Origin: Neocallimastix sp. 'constans'
Lineage: Eukaryota
Direction: 5' to 3'
DNA: 64,000 bases
Assembly (NCBI GenBank): GCA_050613775.1
Contig: JBODTK010000143.1
Coordinates: forward strand, 1-64,000
Positions within the stretch are counted from its first letter, which is position 1. Every line of letters begins with the position of its first letter. A program made the position numbers and the translations under genes. Of the stretch, positions 13,403 to 25,100 are shown in pieces. The notes beneath the pieces were generated by a model. That model was not told where the DNA came from and did no database searches. It saw only the letters and a list, made by a program, of their open reading frames with translations.

Positions 13403-15847
13403 TTAGTTATTATTGTTAAATTCTTTTAAGAGTTTAGGGAAATTTAAGTTTTCTTCGGGTTCCCAAGATGCTTCAGATAAAGGATAACCTTTCCATTTAG
13501 TAAGATATTGGGTTTTGCCATAATGTTTCCTTTTATCAAGAATTTTTTCAACTTCGTATTCTTCTTCATTGTCAATAATTATCGGTGGTGGTGGTTCTTT
13601 CTTTCGTCCAAAGTGATCTTCATAAAATGGTTCAAGTTCAGAAACATGTATTACAGGATGGATTCTGATTTCTTTTGGTAAGTCTAACTTATATGAAACG
13701 GGAGAAATTTTCTTAATGATTTTATATGGACCAAGTTTTCTGGGTTTAAGTTTTTTATTTCCATTATGAATTATAAGTGAACTATTAATCCACACTTTAT
13801 CACCAGGTTTAAAATTTGGAGCTTCAATACGATGTTTGTTTGCGAATTCTTCTTGCTTTTTTCTTGCTTGTTGTAAATTTCCATTAAGTGTTTTGAATAA
13901 TTCTGAAAGGTCTTTTGTAAATTCATCAGCTCTAGGAACATCTGTACTGTTTGGAATTGATGGTGAATATCTTGGATTATATCCATAGTTTGCATAAAAA
14001 GGTGAGTGCTTAATTGATTCTTGAATTGAATTATTATAACTGAATTCTGCTAGGAATAAAAAATTATACCAATCAGAACCTTTAAAGTTTGAATAACATC
14101 TTAAGTATTGTTCAATAACGGAGTTCACCCTCTCCGTTAAACCATTGGTTTGGTGATGGAAGGGAGAAGCAAGTTTTGTTGTAATATTGAAGGATTTACA
14201 AATAGCTGACCAAAATTTTGAAGTGAATTGAGTATCTTTATCGGAAAAAAAATCGGAGGGTGGTTTATGAATACGAAAGAGATCATTTAGGTCTTTCTTG
14301 GGAACAAATAGAATAGAAGCAGCAGCTGGAAATTTAGATTTTCTAATAAATTTTTTGTCTTCATTTTCTTTAATATATTTCTTCGAAGCTAGAGGTTCTT
14401 TTTCAGTTAAGGGGTAGATTGGGTCATAATGAAGTTTTTCATTTTGTTTGGGTTTAATCTCGCTATCAAAAGGACAATAAGGAGGTGATTCATTAGTATA
14501 TATTTCACTGAAAGTGTCTATAAATGGAAGTATTTTTTTTGGTAATGATTTGCTTATTTTATTATTGATTTCTTCATTTTCATTTTTGTCATTTTGTTTA
14601 GTAGTATTTAGAGGAACATAAGAAGTAAAGGAGTTAGGGATGATTAAACAATTTTCAATGCAATAATTGGAATTAAATCTTAAGACTTTATTTTTGAAGT
14701 CAATATCAGGATTGTGAGTAGAAATCCATTCGAAACCTAAAATAGCACAATAAGAAGGAAGGTCAACCACATAGAATTGAGTCTTACATTTATGGTTATT
14801 ATAAGTGATGGAAATAGGAAGAGTTTTTCCAAGAATAGTTTGCTTTCCACCGATGCCAGATACCTTAGGGAAATTAGTTTTAGTTGAATACGGGATATTA
14901 TTTTCTTTAATATAGTAGATATCCATTAAATTGATTTGAGAACCAGTATCGAGAAGAATTTTAGCAGTAGAATTTGTATTATCAATACTCAAAGAAAATT
15001 CGTAAATAGGAAGATTTGAGTTAGAAACTCTAGGTCTAGAAATAGGTTTTGATTCGGGATTAGAAACATAAGTGCTACTTGATGAAGGTTTATTTTTATT
15101 TTTATATTTATTTTTAAGTGGACAATTGTCGAGAGAATGTTCAGAGGATCCACAATACAAACAAAGATTTTCTCTTCTTCTTCTTTCTTTTTCTTCTTGA
15201 GATAGAGGTCCATGAGGTTTGGATTTAAATTGCTTTTGGAAAAAGAATGATTTTTTGCCCTTTTTATTTTTATTATTATTACTATTATTTGAATTTTGAC
15301 CATGAAGATTGGAAAATTGTCTATGAGTAGAAATACGATTATCGATTCGAGATGCAATTGTTTGCATAGCAAAGAGGGTTTGAGGTCCAGGAAACATTTC
15401 TAAAATTCTAGTAGCAATATGGTCATGTAGACCGACAAGAAAGGCGTCCATCTTGGCTTCTTCATTCCAAGAAGATTCATCGGCGTATTTATTAAATTCT
15501 AAAATATAATTTCTGACTTCACCAATTCGTTTTTGTTTGATTGTTCTTAATTTCTGGTTGGCAATAAAGGTAGAGTCGTAGCTTCCAAATACTGATTTTA
15601 ATCTAGCAATGAATTGATTATAATTAAGGAGACAAGGATCTTGGTTTTCAATAAGGGTAGCAGCCCAATTCATGGCGTTTCCATACAAACGAGAAATGAT
15701 ATAGATTACTTTAGCTTCATCGTTTGCAAATCTTTCCGGTTGAATCATAAAAATAAGTTCCATTTTAGCTAGAAATCCTTTAAAGAATCGACGATCACCA
15801 GCAAAACCGTCCTTAAAGGTAGGATTTTCTTGGTTATAGTTGTCCAT
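13403..15847 (-). CDS. Gag-protease-(RT/RNaseH/IN N-term deleted)-integrase C-half-chromodomain fusion, 814 aa
   Basis: CCHC knuckle CLYCGSSEHSLDNC; protease LLDTGS; RT start KSKFPAAASILFVPKK joined directly to integrase (SDKDTQFTSKFW, HHQTNGLTERVN); GPY motif LGPYKI; chromodomain EYEVEKILDKR...YLTKWKGY...SWEPEENL. Confidence 0.92.
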   Translation of the reverse strand: MDNYNQENPTFKDGFAGDRRFFKGFLAKMELIFMIQPERFANDEAKVIYIISRLYGNAMNWAATLIENQDPCLLNYNQFIARLKSVFGSYDSTFIANQKLRTIKQKRIGEVRNYILEFNKYADESSWNEEAKMDAFLVGLHDHIATRILEMFPGPQTLFAMQTIASRIDNRISTHRQFSNLHGQNSNNSNNNKNKKGKKSFFFQKQFKSKPHGPLSQEEKERRRRENLCLYCGSSEHSLDNCPLKNKYKNKNKPSSSSTYVSNPESKPISRPRVSNSNLPIYEFSLSIDNTNSTAKILLDTGSQINLMDIYYIKENNIPYSTKTNFPKVSGIGGKQTILGKTLPISITYNNHKCKTQFYVVDLPSYCAILGFEWISTHNPDIDFKNKVLRFNSNYCIENCLIIPNSFTSYVPLNTTKQNDKNENEEINNKISKSLPKKILPFIDTFSEIYTNESPPYCPFDSEIKPKQNEKLHYDPIYPLTEKEPLASKKYIKENEDKKFIRKSKFPAAASILFVPKKDLNDLFRIHKPPSDFFSDKDTQFTSKFWSAICKSFNITTKLASPFHHQTNGLTERVNSVIEQYLRCYSNFKGSDWYNFLFLAEFSYNNSIQESIKHSPFYANYGYNPRYSPSIPNSTDVPRADEFTKDLSELFKTLNGNLQQARKKQEEFANKHRIEAPNFKPGDKVWINSSLIIHNGNKKLKPRKLGPYKIIKKISPVSYKLDLPKEIRIHPVIHVSELEPFYEDHFGRKKEPPPPIIIDNEEEYEVEKILDKRKHYGKTQYLTKWKGYPLSEASWEPEENLNFPKLLKEFNNNN

Positions 15848-16948
15848 ATTGAAATAAATAAGGTAGAGTAGAATAAGTTTTCAAAGGTAAAGAATAGGCG
15901 GTAGAATCCAGAAGTTCCCAAAGTGGTAGTAGAGATTCCAATAATCCAAAAGTTAGATAGGTAGTAGCGATTCCAAAAGTTCAAAAGTTGTTTATTGGTA
16001 GGTTTCCAAGGTTAATGGATAAGAACACAAAATTTTAATAACACTTTATAATATTTTATAATTAAATATTTCTATTTTATAATTATTTATCAAAAATTAC
16101 TGAAATATAAACTAGATTATATAGTATTGGACCAACTAAATATATAATCTATCAAAGTTTTATACGATAAGTTCCTTTAGCCTTTTAGTGATAACGCAGA
16201 TAAAATCGATTGTTAATGTCTTATAGACAAAAGGAAGTAATATTGTTAGATTCTTTATTATGTCTAACTTATTGTTAGCTGAAAAGAATAAAACAAATTA
16301 TTTTCCCCTATATCAATAGTATCTGAACACTAAAATGTTACGAAAACAGAGACCAACTTCTGTCGCTTTGGAAGTCGTATAAACCTTATATTTATATTTT
16401 AATCTTTGTTTTCTTAATTATAAAATTATAATATTAATTATAAAATTATTAATTGATAAAATAGAATAGTACTATTGACTCACAACTATAGAAAAAACCG
16501 TCAGTACTATTATAACTAGTGCCGCGAGTAAGCACGAAATAAAATTTTAAAATACTATATAATTTTAATCTTACGCCTTCGGTGACGTAAGCTCCTTATT
16601 CGCCAGAGTTGTTGCAAACCTAGAACCGTTTTCCTTTATAATAGGCTACGGTGCTCTCTTATAGAGTTTTACCTAGTCTAGAACCAAATCTATTCGTCGA
16701 GTGCAACACTAAAGAAGACAATTCTTCTAACTCTGTATATGAGCTCTATTCGCTCGTATAAACGCTTTTTAAATAAATAAATAAAAAATAAAATGGCACA
16801 GGTTTTTCTTGCTATTATTTCAAGCAAGTAATTTATTAAAATAATTAAAAATAAAAATTATAATTATTAATATTATTATTAGTATTTTTTTTTTTTTTTT
16901 TATACTAAGCTAATTTAAAAAATTATTATTTTTGTTATAAATTAAATG

Positions 16949-16984
<36 letters not shown>

Positions 16985-17674
16985 CTAAAACTAATAGATT
17001 TATTCACTAAATTAATCTAAAATATTTATCTAAAAATTAAAAATTTTTTTCTTATTAAATTAATTTAATATTATTTATCTAATTATTAATTAATTTTGTT
17101 GGGTAAATATTAGAATTAATTTTGAAGGGTTAAGGTAATACAAGATTAATTTAATATTATCTAAAATTTTTTTTTTTTTTTTTTTTTAAAAGGTTAAGGT
17201 AATGTAAGTTTTATCTTAATAGGGTAGTACAAGTTTAATTTGAATTATATGATCGGGTAGTACAAGAATTTTTTTTATAAAAATTAATTTCAACAACCAT
17301 AGGATTAGGATTATCCGGTAATATAATAGATACAAAGGATTGAATTATATAATAGTGAGGGTAACTCAAAACAGACAAGGTGATAATTTGAATAGGAATC
17401 AATAGGCAGTAATTATTCGTCTGGGAGGAGATAGAATCCGAGATTAAAAGATATAGAAGTCCGGTATTAAAGAGATAGTAGATAAGAAGATTTATTCAAA
17501 GATTATTAGACTAAGATAGAGAGAACCGGAAGAATAGGTATTTGTTCTTTAATAGTAGAATAGTAAAAGTAGAAACCCAACGATTGCCAAAAAATATTGA
17601 GAAGGTAGAATTCCTAAAAGTACGGTAGAATGTCTGAGAAATAGCGTAAAGGTATTGAGGGCTTGGATTAGCAG

Positions 17675-17684
17675 GTGCTTTTAT
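17675..17684 (-). other. Element A self-priming PBS (ATAAAAGCAC)
   Basis: Abuts the 5' LTR and is complementary to the LTR sequence GTGCTTTTAT (minus strand, 17883-17892), which starts 33 nt after TATAAATA (17926-17933). Confidence 0.8.
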
Positions 17685-18328
17685 TGTAACGGAGGTGCTT
17701 CTATTGTAAAGGCGGGATGAGATATAGAAACACAGAAAGGAGAAAACTCAATAGGTTTACACTATCTGTATAAATAATTCGTTTTATTAGAAATATTTTT
17801 TATTAATTATAAAATTTAAAATAATTATTAATATTAATCAACAAGGTAATATTTCGAATTACTTATACGTTAATTATTATTAATAAAAGCACGAAGAAAA
17901 ATATTTTCATTCGTGAAGTTCGCACTATTTATACTTTTAACGGAAAAACAGTTTTAACATGTAAAAATAATTTTAAAGAAATATTTAGAAATATGTTTGT
18001 AATAATTAATAATGTAAAGTTTCTAGAATATAGATTTTAATTGATGAAAATGAATCTTATCAAAAAAGAATAAAATAATTTATATAATAAGAATTTCTAA
18101 ATTCATTTCGGTTGAATTACGAACCGAAAGAATCTTTAACTTTCTATAATTTTATACAGAAAGAATATTCAAGAAAATATTATTAATAATTAATAAAATA
18201 ATTAATAAAATAATTATTTATGCAAAATGGGTTGAGGTGTGAGTCGAACCCATGAAGTATTGGTCATGGTCAATGTAACTAACCATTGAACCAAAGTTCT
18301 AATTTTACTAACTGAAGATTTCGTTACA
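17685..18328 (-). repeat. Element A 5' LTR
   Basis: 644 bp, matches 12431-13074. Contains TATA box and the conserved upstream motif AAACTGTTTTTCCG. Confidence 0.95.
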
Positions 18329-19193
18329 TTAATATACTTTTTCAATTCATCCCTTTCTTCCTCTGTTAAAGGATAAATAGGACCATAAAATAGAATTGAA
18401 TTATCCTTTAAATTTATTTCACAATCAAATTCTCTATATAGGGGAGGTAATTTATCACAATTCTTTTCATCAAAAACTTCAATGTAATCGAGATAACAAG
18501 GAGGAATAGAAATTTTATTATCACTATCGTTAACAATATTATTATTATCTAAATTCTGAATAATCAGACAGTTACACAAATTGTCTTAAACACAATTTTG
18601 ATAAGAAAAAAAGATAGTTTGTTGGTTCGGCGACCAATTTTCTTTCTTTATTTAAAATTTCATTTTTACATGATATAATAAAATTACATGATTTTTTTTG
18701 AATTTATATATTGTATTAAGTTCTTTAAAATTACAAAAGTTAATTTTTTCTTTACTACAATCATTATCTTTAACACTAATATTAATACTATAACTATCAC
18801 TATCACTATCGTTAATGGTTCTAACTTTTCTTCCGCGGACGTATTCAGCTTCGCTTTCTGATTCGGAATTTCAAAGGGATTTATACTTATATGGAGTACT
18901 TGGTTCATTGGAATTTTCTTCTACAGGTTCGATATCGATCTTACACTTCTTTGAACCTTTCTTGCTTCTATTTTTGTTTTTTCTTTTTCTTTTACCATTA
19001 TTACAGTTCCTAGCGCAATAACCAGAAGGAAAGGATATTTTTTTCTTGAATCATGATAATTCATTAGACATGGCTTTCCAATCCAAGGAATACCTAAAAT
19101 GATATCTACATCAGGAATATAAAGTGCATAGAGTTGAATAACTTTAAAATGGTTCTTGAATCGTAAGATACACTTTTTCTGTTTGTTCGAAGA
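18329..19193 (-). pseudogene. Protease-to-RT region of the older host Gypsy element
   Basis: Minus strand IQLYALYIPDVDIILGIPW...YIEVFDEKNCDKLPP...FDCEINLK...YGPIYPLTEEERDELKKY, with frameshifts. Confidence 0.85.
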
Positions 19194-22100
19194 TGTAATG
19201 TGCTAGTCCATTTATATAACAATAGGCAACATTAGAAATTAATGATAAACTAAAAACGTTTTTTTTAAAAATTTTGTTTTATTAATTTATTAAATTAAAA
19301 TTTATTAAATTAAAATTTATTAAATTAAAATTTATTAAAGTAATTATTTATTAATTAATTAACTAATTTTGTAATATATCAAATTACTTATTATTAATTG
19401 ATTTTACTCATATTTATACTTTTTACGGAAAAACAGTTTGTATAAGTTTCAAAAATTTTAGAATCTTAGAAAAATCGTTTGAAACTGATTTTCTCGGTTA
19501 ATTTAAAAACTAATGGAAGAAAGGATAAAATAAAATAAAAAAAAAATTCAATTTAATTATTAAGAATTTCTATGAAATTCTTAAAGAAAATACAGAAATA
19601 ATTAACTAGAACAATGAAAATAAAATATTTAAAAAGTAGGTTTAAAGTATGAATCGAATTCGAGTAGTTCGATTCATGGCTATAGCTCTAACAGCTATAC
19701 CAAGATTTCCTTTTACAAGTTTTAGTATTCGTTACATGGTCCTCCTCAAGGATTCGGATACCGGACGAATCTTAAATTTAAATTTTTTTTTTTAAAATAA
19801 TAAAAAAACTAATCTATATTAATAATATATCAAATAAATTTTTAATCAAAGAATTATACATGAGTAAATTTTCAAATACATGTTAATAATAAAATACATG
19901 AAATATTTAGATTTAAAAATATAGTATATAAAAAGAAACTATCTAAGATACATGTTTTTTTTTTTTTTTGTATAAAATAAAAATATTAAACTAAATGTGA
20001 CAATTATATTGATAATAGTAAAAAAAATATAATGTATAATTATTTATTTTCATTGAATTTTTTAATAAGTTCTGGACAATTAAGATTGCTTTCAGGTTCC
20101 AAGGATGCATCAGATAATGAATAGTCTTTCCATTTTATAAGATATTGTGTTTTTTTCATATTGTTTTCTTACATCAAGAATTTCTTCTACTTCAAATTCT
20201 TCTTCTTCATTTATACTTATTGGTGGTGGTGGTTCTTGTTTTCTTCCAAAGTTTTCTTCATAATAGGGTTCAAGTTCGGATACATGAATCACACAGTGTA
20301 TTTTTAAATTGTTCAGTAATTCTAATTGGTACGATACTGGTGAGATTTTCTTGATAATTTTAAAAGGTCCAAGTTTTCTAGTTCTTAATTTTTTATTACC
20401 TTTTTGTATTACTAGTGAGCTGTTCAACCATACTTTAGCACCAGGTTTAAAATTTGGTGCTTCAGATCGATGTTTATTTGCAAATTGTTCTTGTTTCTTA
20501 CTTGCTTCTTTTAAGTTTTTTTTTTTTTTTTTTGTTCTTTGACTAATTCTGAAAAATCTTTTATTATTTCATCAGTTCATGGTACATTTAAACTACTAGG
20601 AATTGCAAGTGAATGTCTTGGATTATAGCCATAATTCGCATAAAATGGGGAATGTTTAATTGATTCTTGTATTGCATTATTATAACTAAATTCTGGCAAG
20701 GAATAAATATTTTGACCAATCAGAGCCACAAAAATTAGCATAGCATCTTAGATATTGTTCGATAACGGAGTTTACCCTCTCCGTTAAGTCGTTGGTTTGA
20801 TGGTGAAAAGGAGAAGCAAGTTTCATGTTTATTCGAAAAGACTTACAAATAGCAGACCAAAGTTTAGAGGTAAATTGGGTGCCTCTATCAGAAATAATTT
20901 CAGAAGGAAGTCCATGAAGGCAAAAAATATTGATAATATTGTTCATAAAAGAGGAAGCAGTATCAATAGTAGAAGGAACTTTTTTTGGGAAAGGAATAAA
21001 ATAACCCATTTTAGTAAAGCGGTCAATCACTACAAAAATGCAAGTGAAACCTTTAGATAATGGAAGATCTGTAATAAAGTCCATAGAAAGAGAAGACCAA
21101 GGTTTTGAAGGAATTTCGAGAGGTTGAAGAAAACCATAGGGTTTATGTTTAAAATCTTTTGAACGAGAACAAGTATCACAAGAACGAATGTAATTTTTAA
21201 CATCAGAGTAAAGAGAAGGCCACCAAAAGTCACGATATATTAGAGAAGAAGTCTTCTTAATTTCACATAATGATCAGTTGAGGGAGAATCATGACTGATG
21301 TTAAGAACGGTAGAACGACATTTTGGAGGAACATAGATTTTATTTTTAAACAAAAGAAAACTGCTACTAATAGAAAAGTTTTTTTCAATCTGGAATTGTT
21401 GGAATCATCTGAACTTAATTCATTATAAATGTCAGAATAAAATTCATCATTTTTGCATTCATTTAAAATTTGATCATTGAGGGAAGAAACAAAAGAAGTA
21501 ATAGCACAGAAGTTTTCTGGACGAAGAACAGTAAATGAAACATCATAAGAGGAAGGATTATCGTTTTCTGAGGCATAGTCAGGTCGACGGGAAAGAACAT
21601 CAGGTTTACCATTAGCGGAACCAGCATGATAAACAATTTTAAAATTGAATTCAGAAAGAAAAAGGATCCAGCGAACCAAGCGTTGAAGTTATTTTCTCTG
21701 GTTTCTTTTGATATAAGAGATTCCGATGGTCAGAGAAAATTGTGAAAGGAGTAGAGGTACCTTTTAATAAATGCCTCCATTGTTCAAGGGCTACTACGAT
21801 AGCTAAAAGTTCTTTATCGTAGATAGGATAATAACGTTCGGCAAAAGTTAGAGATCTAGAAAAGAATGAGACTGGGTGAACTTTATTATCATTAGAAGAA
21901 GTTTGTGAGAGAATAGCTCCTGTCGCAAAATTACTGCTATCATCAGTCTCAACAAGAAAAGGAAGACCACGATTGGGATAGACTAAAACAGGGACAGAAG
22001 AAAATTTTGATTTGATGTTATCAAATGCAGTTTTAATTTCAGTAGACCAATGAAATTTAAAGTTTTTCTTTAATAAACAATGAAGAGGATAAGCAATGGA

Positions 22101-25100
22101 TGCAAATCTAGAAATAAATCATCGATAATAATTCACTAGTCCGAGAAATGATTGTAATTCTTTAACATTTTTAGGGATAGACCATTCTAAAATAGAAGAA
22201 TCTTTTTTAGGGTCCATGAATATTCCATCTGAAGAAATTCTGTGACCAAGGAAGTCCAAGAATGGTACGCAAAATTCACATTTTTCCAATTTTGCATATA
22301 AGCCAGTTTTTCTTAGTCTTTTTAAAACTTCAATAAGATGTTGGAAGTGAATATCCATGTCGGGAGAAAAAATAATTATATCATCGATATAACAATAAAT
22401 GAAAGAACCAATAATGTCTTCAAATATATCATTAATGAAATGTTGAAATACCGCAGGTGCATTTTTTAATCCAAAAGGCATGACTAAATACTCAGAGTGA
22501 CCATATTTACAAGTGAATGCTGTTTTATATTCGTTACCTTCTTTGATCCTAATCAAATTATATGATGAACGAAAATCTAATTTAGAAAAGACTACGCCTT
22601 TACTAAGATTTTCTAACATATCATTAATTAATGGAAGAGGATATGAGTCTCGGATGGTGACTTCATTTAAAGTTCGATAATCTACTACAAGCCTAAGATC
22701 ATTAACGTCTTTCTTAGGAACAAAGAAAACCGAAGCAGCGGCTGGGGATTTAGATTTTCTAATAAACTTTTTATCTTCATTTTCTTTAATATATTTTTTT
22801 AAAGTATGGGATTCTTTTTCAGTTAAGGGATAAATTGGACCATAATGAAGTTTTTCATTTTGTTTAAGTTTAATCTCACAATCATAAGGACGATGAGTAG
22901 GTAATTCATTAGCAGATTTTTCGTCAAATACATCTTTGAATGGAAGAAGTTTTACAGGAAATATTTTTTGAATATTATTATTTGTTTCATTATTTTCTTC
23001 ATTCTTATTTGAGTTATATTCTTCAGTACAAATAGAAGCAGTAAATGATGATGGAATAACAAAACAGTTAGCAATGCAATAATTTGATTTAAAAAAATAT
23101 TTATTTGAAGTAAAGTCTATAGTAGGGTTATGAGTAAAAAGCCATTCTTTTCCAAAAATAGCACAATAGGATGGAAGGTCAACTACATAAAATTGTGTTT
23201 TACAAATATGGTTTTCATATTGAATAGAATCAGATGAGGTTTTTCCTAAGATTTGTTGTTTATCTCCAATTCCAGAAACTCTAGGAAAATCAGATTGAGT
23301 AGAGTAAGGGATATTATATTCTTTAACAAAATAAACCTCGATTAAGTTGAGTTGAGATCCTGAATCAAGGAGAATTTTGGTTTTTGTTTTTGAATTATTA
23401 ACTTTAATAGTAAATTCATAAATTGGAAGTTGTACGTTCGGGAGATCAGAAATTCTTGGTCTGGGAATAGTAATAGGTTCTGGATTGCTGATGTGCACAA
23501 TAACATTACTTGAAGAGCTTTTAAATTTATTTCTTAAGGGACAGTTATTAAGTAAATAGAAGAACCACAGTACATGCAAAGATTTTCTTTTCTTCTTCTA
23601 TTCTTTTCTTCTTTTGATAATGAACTGTGAATATTGAATTTTGGTTTTCCTTTGGGTGGAGGTCTTCTATTATTATTGTTATTATTTAAATGATTTTAAG
23701 GATTGAAGAATTGTCTTCTGGTTGAAAGTCGAGAATCAAGTCTAGCAGCAATTGTTTGTAGAGCATAAAGGAATTGAGGTCCAGGGAACATTTCAAGTAT
23801 CTTAGTAGCTATTGGATCATTTAATCCGGAAATAAATGCGTCCATTTTAGCTTCTTCATTCCATGAAGACTCATCAGCATACTTGTTGAATTCAAGAATA
23901 TAGTTTCTAATGTCTCCAAGTCTTTTTTGCTTGATTGTTCGTAACTTTTGATTTGCTACGAAGGTGGCATCATTGTTCCCAAACATAGCTTTAAGTCTTC
24001 CAACAAATGCTTCATAGTTGTTCAAGCATGGATCTCTGTTTTCTATTAGAGATGCAGCCTAATTCATAGCTGAACCATAGAGTTGGGTTATCAAGTATAC
24101 AACTTTTGTTTCATCATCAGCAAATCTATCAGGATATAGCATAAAAACTAATTCAATCTTGGCTAAAAATCCTTTAAAGAAATGACGGTCTCCAGAAAAG
24201 CCAGTTTTAAAAGCAGAATTATTATTAATAATATTGTCTTTTTCCATCTTTATGTATATATATTTTTTTTCTTAAAAATATTAGAAAGTAATAATAAATC
24301 AATTTTTACAAGAATAAAAATTAAGTAAATAGAATATAATCACAACACAAAAAAAAAAAATCTATTACTTATAACAAGTAGGCGAACAAATTTATAAAAG
24401 CCTAAAATAAAAGATAAAAACTATATAATTTTAACGTCACTTCGTAAGAATGACAAGGGTTTTATCAGGGATCGAACTTGACCCACCTCTTATTTTATGC
24501 GCGAGTGAACAAACGATCACCTGTTGAAGTGTGTAGTTCCTCAAGCGTTGAAGGTTTTACAGTTCTAGGTGTTATATACTTAATTGTCAAAGGTTGGCTC
24601 CTTTGAGATACCCGCGTTTATTATCTACAAAATTTTTGCAAAATAGTAAATAAGAGTATATGAAATTAATATTTGGCAAGCCGACACTGTATATACTCAT
24701 ATTAATTTCGTAAATTTGTTTACTTTTTACAAATATTTTTAAATTGATTTATTATTTATTTTATTATTCGTTAAAGAATAATATAGCAATTAAAATTAAC
24801 TTTAAAAAATATAAAGTATTAAATCTTTTGTTTCTTTTCTTTTTCGCACCGCTGTTCATTCAGTTTATCAACCGAAGAGCTTAAATGTAGGACTTACGCC
24901 TCAGCCTACCAGCGTGGGTCGGTTACGTACTTAGAAATATATAAAATAAAAGATTTAAAATGTATGGTAAGGAAGTATTATATGAGACTACCCTTGTTTG
25001 TATTAAATATTATTTTGTTAATTTCTTTTATAAAAAGGAGAAGTGAGTATTTAATTTCAAGATTAATAATGTGAATTCCAAGGATGATAATTCTAGCAAT

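Larger units (their letters stand above)
12431..18328 (-). mobile_element. Element A: young non-autonomous chromovirus-type Ty3/Gypsy LTR retrotransposon
   Basis: Two 644-bp TG...CA LTRs, identical by eye. TSD TTAAT at 12426-12430 and 18329-18333. PBS, PPT and a single 814-aa ORF. Confidence 0.95.
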
